From Nitrospirota bacterium (GTDB taxonomy: Bacteria > Nitrospirota > Thermodesulfovibrionia > Thermodesulfovibrionales > Dissulfurispiraceae): DNA of 64,000 nucleotides. The number at the start of each line of letters is the position of its first letter. Position 1 is the first letter of the stretch. Positions 59,577-64,000 of the stretch are shown in pieces. The notes beneath the pieces were generated by a model. The model was given only the letters and a program-made list of their open reading frames with translations, was not told the origin of the DNA and did not search any database. The position numbers and the translations under genes were made by a program. Location: positions 128,001 through 192,000 of the forward strand of contig CAVPZX010000008.1 of NCBI GenBank assembly GCA_963710375.1, in the 5' to 3' direction.

Positions 59577-59907
59577 TTCCTTTTGCCCTTAACCATCTTT
59601 GTTTCGTTTTCTGTACAATGTTTTCCGTGCTCTGTGATTTAAGCGCTTCTTCCACTCCCTCCCTGTTCAGCTTGCTCAGAAGTGAGATGCCTTGGTCGCC
59701 GATGCCGACAGCCATGTAGTCGTTAAGTATCTTAATTACAGCTATCCCCTTTTTGGGTCCGAATGATTGATAGTGAAGCATCTCTATCATCCCCTTATGC
59801 GGCAGCATCTTTTGCTTCAGAAGCCTGAGCAGCAGATAGACCGCAGCAAGGGTGACCAGTAATGCAGCAAAAACCTTGACCAGCTCTATTCCCAATACAG
59901 CCTCCAT
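59569..59907 (-). CDS. fliO: Flagellar export chaperone FliO/FliZ
   Basis: N-terminal TM then G.KK.I..I.....VG....I.LL; between fliN and fliP. Confidence 0.8.
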   Translation of the reverse strand: MEAVLGIELVKVFAALLVTLAAVYLLLRLLKQKMLPHKGMIEMLHYQSFGPKKGIAVIKILNDYMAVGIGDQGISLLSKLNREGVEEALKSQSTENIVQKTKQRWLRAKGNG

Positions 59908-59953
59908 ACATTGAAGACAGGTAAAGGTAGAGGGATACCTTCTCCTATACCCG

Positions 59954-60283
59954 TCATCTTAACTGTCTCACCCGCTCGGTAGGGCTCACGATGTCCGTTA
60001 ATCTGATGCCAAATTTTTCATTGACCACAACCACCTCGCCCCTGCCAATGAGCTTTTGATTGACATACACCTCCATAGGCTCGCCCGCCAGCTTATCAAG
60101 AGCAATGACCGAGCCCTGGCCGAGTTGCAATAGCTCCTGAATGAGGATTTTTGTGCTCCCGATAACTACCATCAGTTCGAGCGGGACATCAAGGATAAAA
60201 TTTATATCACGCTGAACAGCCTGGGGAGGTTGGACCTCCCCTTTAAACTCTGGGACTTCCGGATTCTTAATATCTTCCGCCAT
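59954..60283 (-). CDS. fliN: C-ring protein FliN
   Basis: ILDVPLEL.V.IG, LLQL..GSVI.LDK.AGEP, GEVVVVNEKFGIR. Confidence 0.96.
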   Translation of the reverse strand: MAEDIKNPEVPEFKGEVQPPQAVQRDINFILDVPLELMVVIGSTKILIQELLQLGQGSVIALDKLAGEPMEVYVNQKLIGRGEVVVVNEKFGIRLTDIVSPTERVRQLR

Positions 60284-60297
60284 TATATTATCTCCCT

Positions 60298-61278
60298 TCA
60301 GATTTTACTGACGTCCTGGACCGCCCTGGTTATTTTTACAGCCCTGTATCCCTTGAACAGGCCAAATTTGGCTTTAAACTTCACAAAGCCCTCAACTGTC
60401 ACTCCAAGGTCATCTTCTACATTGGTATCAAGGACAAGCACGTCATCTTCTTTCAGTGCCAGAACCTCACTTACATTGAGCACAGCACTCCCAAGAACGC
60501 CGGTCATCGTGACAGACGTCTCTTTCAGCCGCTCCTTCAACCGCTCAAGCCATTTAACATCCAGTTCATCCCTGTCTGCGGAAAATGCGCTGTACAACTT
60601 CTCCTTTATCGGCTCTACCGACCCGTAAGGGATACAGAGAAAAGCCTTGCACAGCCTGCCTTCGATCTCAAGGACAAATTCTACTTTAATGACAACATCA
60701 ACCGGGGTAACAATAGTCACAAACTGGGGGTTCATTTCAGAACGTACGTAAACAGGTTTTATTGGATGAACCGGCTTCCATGCATCTTCCATGTCGTCAA
60801 AAAACATTATGACCACTTTATGGATGATTTTCTGTTCAATAGGAGTAAACTCCCTTCCCTCGGGTTTATAGTAGCCTTTCCCCGTACCTCCAAAAAAGTA
60901 TTCGATAAGACTGAATATCATTGAGGCATCAAACACCAGAAGCCCGAAGCCTCTGAGCGGCTCCATTTTAAAAATATTAATGCTCGAAGGAAATGGAACG
61001 CCTCTCATAAAATCATAAAATTTGGTAATTGTGACATTGACGTTAGTGACATCCACCATATGCCTGATCGCAGCAGACAAAGAAAGGCGGAAATTCCGGG
61101 CTAGCCGCTCATTTGCAATATCAAGAGAAGGCATCCTCCCCCTGACGATCTTCTCCTGGCCGGTAAAATCATATGCCTTTACACCGGAAGTGTCCTCAAG
61201 CTTCTCTGTCTCTACCTCTCCTTCAGAGATTCCCTTTAGTAGGGCATCAACTTCATCCTGTGAAAGAATATCTTCCAT
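60298..61278 (-). CDS. fliM: C-ring protein FliM
   Basis: ILSQDEVDALL CheY-binding peptide, YDF, REFT.IE, EMNPQF. Confidence 0.96.
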   Translation of the reverse strand: MEDILSQDEVDALLKGISEGEVETEKLEDTSGVKAYDFTGQEKIVRGRMPSLDIANERLARNFRLSLSAAIRHMVDVTNVNVTITKFYDFMRGVPFPSSINIFKMEPLRGFGLLVFDASMIFSLIEYFFGGTGKGYYKPEGREFTPIEQKIIHKVVIMFFDDMEDAWKPVHPIKPVYVRSEMNPQFVTIVTPVDVVIKVEFVLEIEGRLCKAFLCIPYGSVEPIKEKLYSAFSADRDELDVKWLERLKERLKETSVTMTGVLGSAVLNVSEVLALKEDDVLVLDTNVEDDLGVTVEGFVKFKAKFGLFKGYRAVKITRAVQDVSKI

Positions 61279-61344
61279 CAAACCTCCAAAAAACAGTCCA
61301 AGGTAGAGACAGAGGTAATCAAAACTCTACCTTTACCTGTAGCA

Positions 61345-61842
61345 CTATTGCATTACAAATTCAGTAAGATAAACATTTTTCACCGTATTGTTCCCCAGAA
61401 TCTGGTTTCCCATCATATTTATTTCGTCTTTTAGCTGCAGTTTTCCTTCAGGAGACATGAGCGAATCAGAAGTCTTGCTCGTCAGGAGATTGATAACAGC
61501 ATCCCTGATCTGCGGTGTTTTTCCTTTGGCGCTTTCCAGAATAGCGGGACTTGATAGCTCTAATTGCATTGATACCTTAAGAAACTTTGTGGCGCCCTGG
61601 TCGCCCAGATTAACGACAAAAGGGTCAAGGACAAACATGACACTCTCTTCCTTCTTCGCATCTTCCTTTTCCTTCTTTTGCCCTTTGTCGCCGCCCGATT
61701 TTGAAAGAAAGAAAAATGCGCCGCCCCCGCCGACAAGGACTGCAACGACAACTATAATGATGACAATAAGCCCTTTACCCAATTTCTTTTTCGGTTTTTT
61801 AACTTCTTCATCTAGTAATTTTTCATCCCTGTCCTCATCCAT
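61345..61842 (-). CDS. fliL: Flagellar basal body protein FliL
   Basis: Single TM, PFVVNL, IRDA....L, V..VY.TEFVMQ. Confidence 0.92.
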   Translation of the reverse strand: MDEDRDEKLLDEEVKKPKKKLGKGLIVIIIVVVAVLVGGGGAFFFLSKSGGDKGQKKEKEDAKKEESVMFVLDPFVVNLGDQGATKFLKVSMQLELSSPAILESAKGKTPQIRDAVINLLTSKTSDSLMSPEGKLQLKDEINMMGNQILGNNTVKNVYLTEFVMQ

Positions 61843-61886
61843 AAATAAACCCCCTTAAATTAACGTCAAGCGTCGCGCTTTTATAG

Positions 61887-61902
61887 AGCACAGAGCATGC
61901 CA
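61887..61902 (-). promoter_or_regulatory. Sigma54 promoter of the fliL operon
   Basis: TGGCAT-GCTCT-GTGCT. Confidence 0.65.
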
Positions 61903-61953
61903 ATATGTAGCTTATTGAATTTAAAGATATATTAAAGAGTGGGGTCAACAAAA

Positions 61954-61990
61954 TGACGGTTGGATGGCTATTTAAACCTTCCAACCGTCA
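61954..61990 (-). terminator. Inverted repeat, possible terminator after flgE
   Basis: TGACGGTTGGA ... TCCAACCGTCA, followed by TTTTG on the minus strand. Confidence 0.45.
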
Positions 61991-62006
61991 AAATATAGAT
62001 AAAATA

Positions 62007-62110
62007 AGGCAATAGGCGATAGGCACGGGGCAATAGGCTATAGATTAATTCTATGACTTGTCTTCTTGTCTTTATTTTTCCTATTGCCTATAGCCCAGTG
62101 CCTATCGCCT
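62007..62110. repeat. Inverted heptamer hairpin (GGC[A/T/G]ATA)n, copy 3
   Basis: AGGCAATAGGCGATAGGCACGGGGCAATAGGCTATAG ... CCTATTGCCTATAGCCCAGTGCCTATCGCCT. Confidence 0.85.
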
Positions 62111-62120
62111 TTCTTTATTA

Positions 62121-63872
62121 CTACTGTTTTGCGTTCTGTAATGCAGTGAACAGTTCCTGAGCAGTTGAGATAACTTTTGCATCGGCCTGATATGCGCTCT
62201 GAACAGTAATCATATTGACAAATTCGCCTGACAAGTCAACATTACTTTCCTCAAGGGAATCGGAGAAAATACTTCCAAATCCGGCGTTCCCTGCAAGACC
62301 GGGAATCGGTTGCCCTGAAGCAGAGGATTGAGTATACAGGTTGTTTCCATCATTTGTTAGCGCAGTCGGCGCATTAAACCGTGCCAGTTGAATTTGAGCA
62401 ATATTCTTGGTTTGTCCATTAGTAAATGTACCTGTTATGACACCGGTCTGAGAAACGCTGAAACTCGATAGACTGCCGGCTGCGTATCCGTTCTGGTACT
62501 GGTTCGTGACCGAGCTCGGTGAACCATATTGTGTTGTGCCGGTGGTTCCACTGCCGCCCTGGGCAATCGTCTCATTCTCTAACTGGCCGAAATCAAAGGT
62601 AATCTGCTGATTCTGCTGTACGCCGCCGGAGAAATTGAAGCTGTTATATTGGTCAGGCGTAACGCTTTCAAGGTCACCTGCGGTATCGAAATTGAGAACC
62701 CCTGCGGTCGTTATTTGAGATATCGTGGGTTGAGTACTGCCGCTGACGCTGTCGATCGCAGGGACCACGGACCAATACATCCAACTGTTTCCCTGTGCCG
62801 ACGAGGATATTTTCGAGAAATAGACATTAGTCAGATGGGTGTTGCCGTCCGAGTCGTATACAGTCATAGATGTCGAAAAAGCGCCTGCAGGGTTGTTTGG
62901 GTCAAACCCGGCGACCTGAAAATCACTTGACGCTTTATTGCCTGCTGCAATGCTCGTGACGCCTGAAGCTGGAACCTGACCACCAGTGTTAATATTCGAA
63001 AAGCCCAACATGTTCGATGCTGTCGTGTTTGCACTACTCCAATCAAAATTCTCCTGTATGAGATTGGCATTGATATTATTGATCGTAAACTCGTACTGAG
63101 TGGCGCTGGCGCTGGCAGTATAACTAACATTTACTGCTGTAGCCCCGAACGTGGCAATAACAGAAGAATTGGTATTGATCGCAGTCTGTACTGCAGCGGC
63201 AAGCGAAGATGCGCTATATGAACCCGCCGCGATAGTTATTGTAGTAGCTGCCAGTGCGGTTCCGCTTATCACAATTTGATCATTTGTAGGGCCTATAGTA
63301 AAGGGTGTGCCGCCTATCGGATCGTTCAGGGGCGACGATTCGTACAGATTCGCAAAGATTGTCGCCTGTGACGTCGCAGTTGGAGCGCCTACGCCGATCT
63401 GTGATATGTTTATGGAGCCGCTGGCGCCGAACGTGCCGGGTGTTACGCCTGTTTTTGTCGTAATCGGCTGAGTCAGCGCTGCGTTGCCCTGCAGAAAATC
63501 ACCGTTGGGATTCACAAGGTTCCCGTTTTGGTCAACACTGAACTGGCCGGCTCTTGTGTAATATTCGGAGCCGCTGGTGTCCTTGACAATGAAAAATCCG
63601 GCCCCTTGAATAGCCATGTCGAGGGGATTCGAAGTCGTTTGCAGCGTCCCCTGTGAAAAATCTGTTTGTACCGATTGAAGTGAAACGCCATTCCCGGTCT
63701 CGGTCGAAGATGTGGCTCCCAGAGATGTACTCAGGAGATTGGCAAATGTTGTAGAGCCTCCTTTGAAGCCTACCGTATTGCTGTTGGATATATTGTTGCC
63801 GATAACAGACAACTCCTGCGACATTGCATCCAGACCGCTTACCCCGGTATAGAGTGCAGATTCAATTCCCAT
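62121..63872 (-). CDS. flgE: Flagellar hook protein (enlarged, 583 aa)
   Basis: GVSGL, VIGNNI.N.NT.GFK, D.AI.G.GFF, YTRAG.F, YDS.G..H, LE.SNVDL. Confidence 0.93.
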   Translation of the reverse strand: MGIESALYTGVSGLDAMSQELSVIGNNISNSNTVGFKGGSTTFANLLSTSLGATSSTETGNGVSLQSVQTDFSQGTLQTTSNPLDMAIQGAGFFIVKDTSGSEYYTRAGQFSVDQNGNLVNPNGDFLQGNAALTQPITTKTGVTPGTFGASGSINISQIGVGAPTATSQATIFANLYESSPLNDPIGGTPFTIGPTNDQIVISGTALAATTITIAAGSYSASSLAAAVQTAINTNSSVIATFGATAVNVSYTASASATQYEFTINNINANLIQENFDWSSANTTASNMLGFSNINTGGQVPASGVTSIAAGNKASSDFQVAGFDPNNPAGAFSTSMTVYDSDGNTHLTNVYFSKISSSAQGNSWMYWSVVPAIDSVSGSTQPTISQITTAGVLNFDTAGDLESVTPDQYNSFNFSGGVQQNQQITFDFGQLENETIAQGGSGTTGTTQYGSPSSVTNQYQNGYAAGSLSSFSVSQTGVITGTFTNGQTKNIAQIQLARFNAPTALTNDGNNLYTQSSASGQPIPGLAGNAGFGSIFSDSLEESNVDLSGEFVNMITVQSAYQADAKVISTAQELFTALQNAKQ

Positions 63873-64000
63873 AATAAACCCCCTTTTTCTTTGCAATCAA
63901 TTTTTTAAGCGTTTATACTTTGTCCCATTTAAGGGAAATCTAATCCAAAAAACGCGTTCACTATAACCCTTAGGAGTTTTCGCCGAGCAGAGTGAACATA

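Overview
Bacterial chromosomal window, almost entirely on the minus strand; the gene set suggests an anaerobic Nitrospirota/Deltaproteobacteria-like organism (inference only). 1-6.5 kb: M1 peptidase end, icd, pepN and small ORFs. 6.5-9.9 kb: accessory patch with a putative glutamic-peptidase-like / 7-blade lectin-propeller fusion and a MITE-disrupted PIN toxin-antitoxin pair. 9.9-31 kb: housekeeping genes (ribD, UbiD-family decarboxylase, ndk, mdh, fabD, etfAB, acpS, pdxJ, class II nrdJ, TPP-riboswitch thiSGE-thiC, pyrKD, greA). 31-64 kb: flagellar and chemotaxis cluster (flgE, fliLMNOPQR, flhBAFG, fliA, HEAT-cheR-cheY-cheY-cheA-cheW/cheZ fusion-cheB, HDOD, flgFGAHIJMNKL, csrA, fliW) with recognisable sigma54 and sigma28 promoters. 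The main unexplained signal is a dense population of small hairpin elements. Several are 120-250 bp MITE-like elements whose terminal stems co-vary; others are inverted arrays of 6-7 nt tandem repeats. One heptamer palindrome, (GAGCAAA)n-loop-(TTTGCTC)n, encodes the signal peptides of FlgH, FlgA and FliP in a frame- and orientation-independent way. A sister heptamer does the same for FlgI, and stop-containing heptamers supply the stop codons of pdxJ and flhB. Three single-base +1 frameshifts (methyltransferase, flgA, flhF) may be real or assembly errors. No rRNA, tRNA, CRISPR array or transposase was seen.
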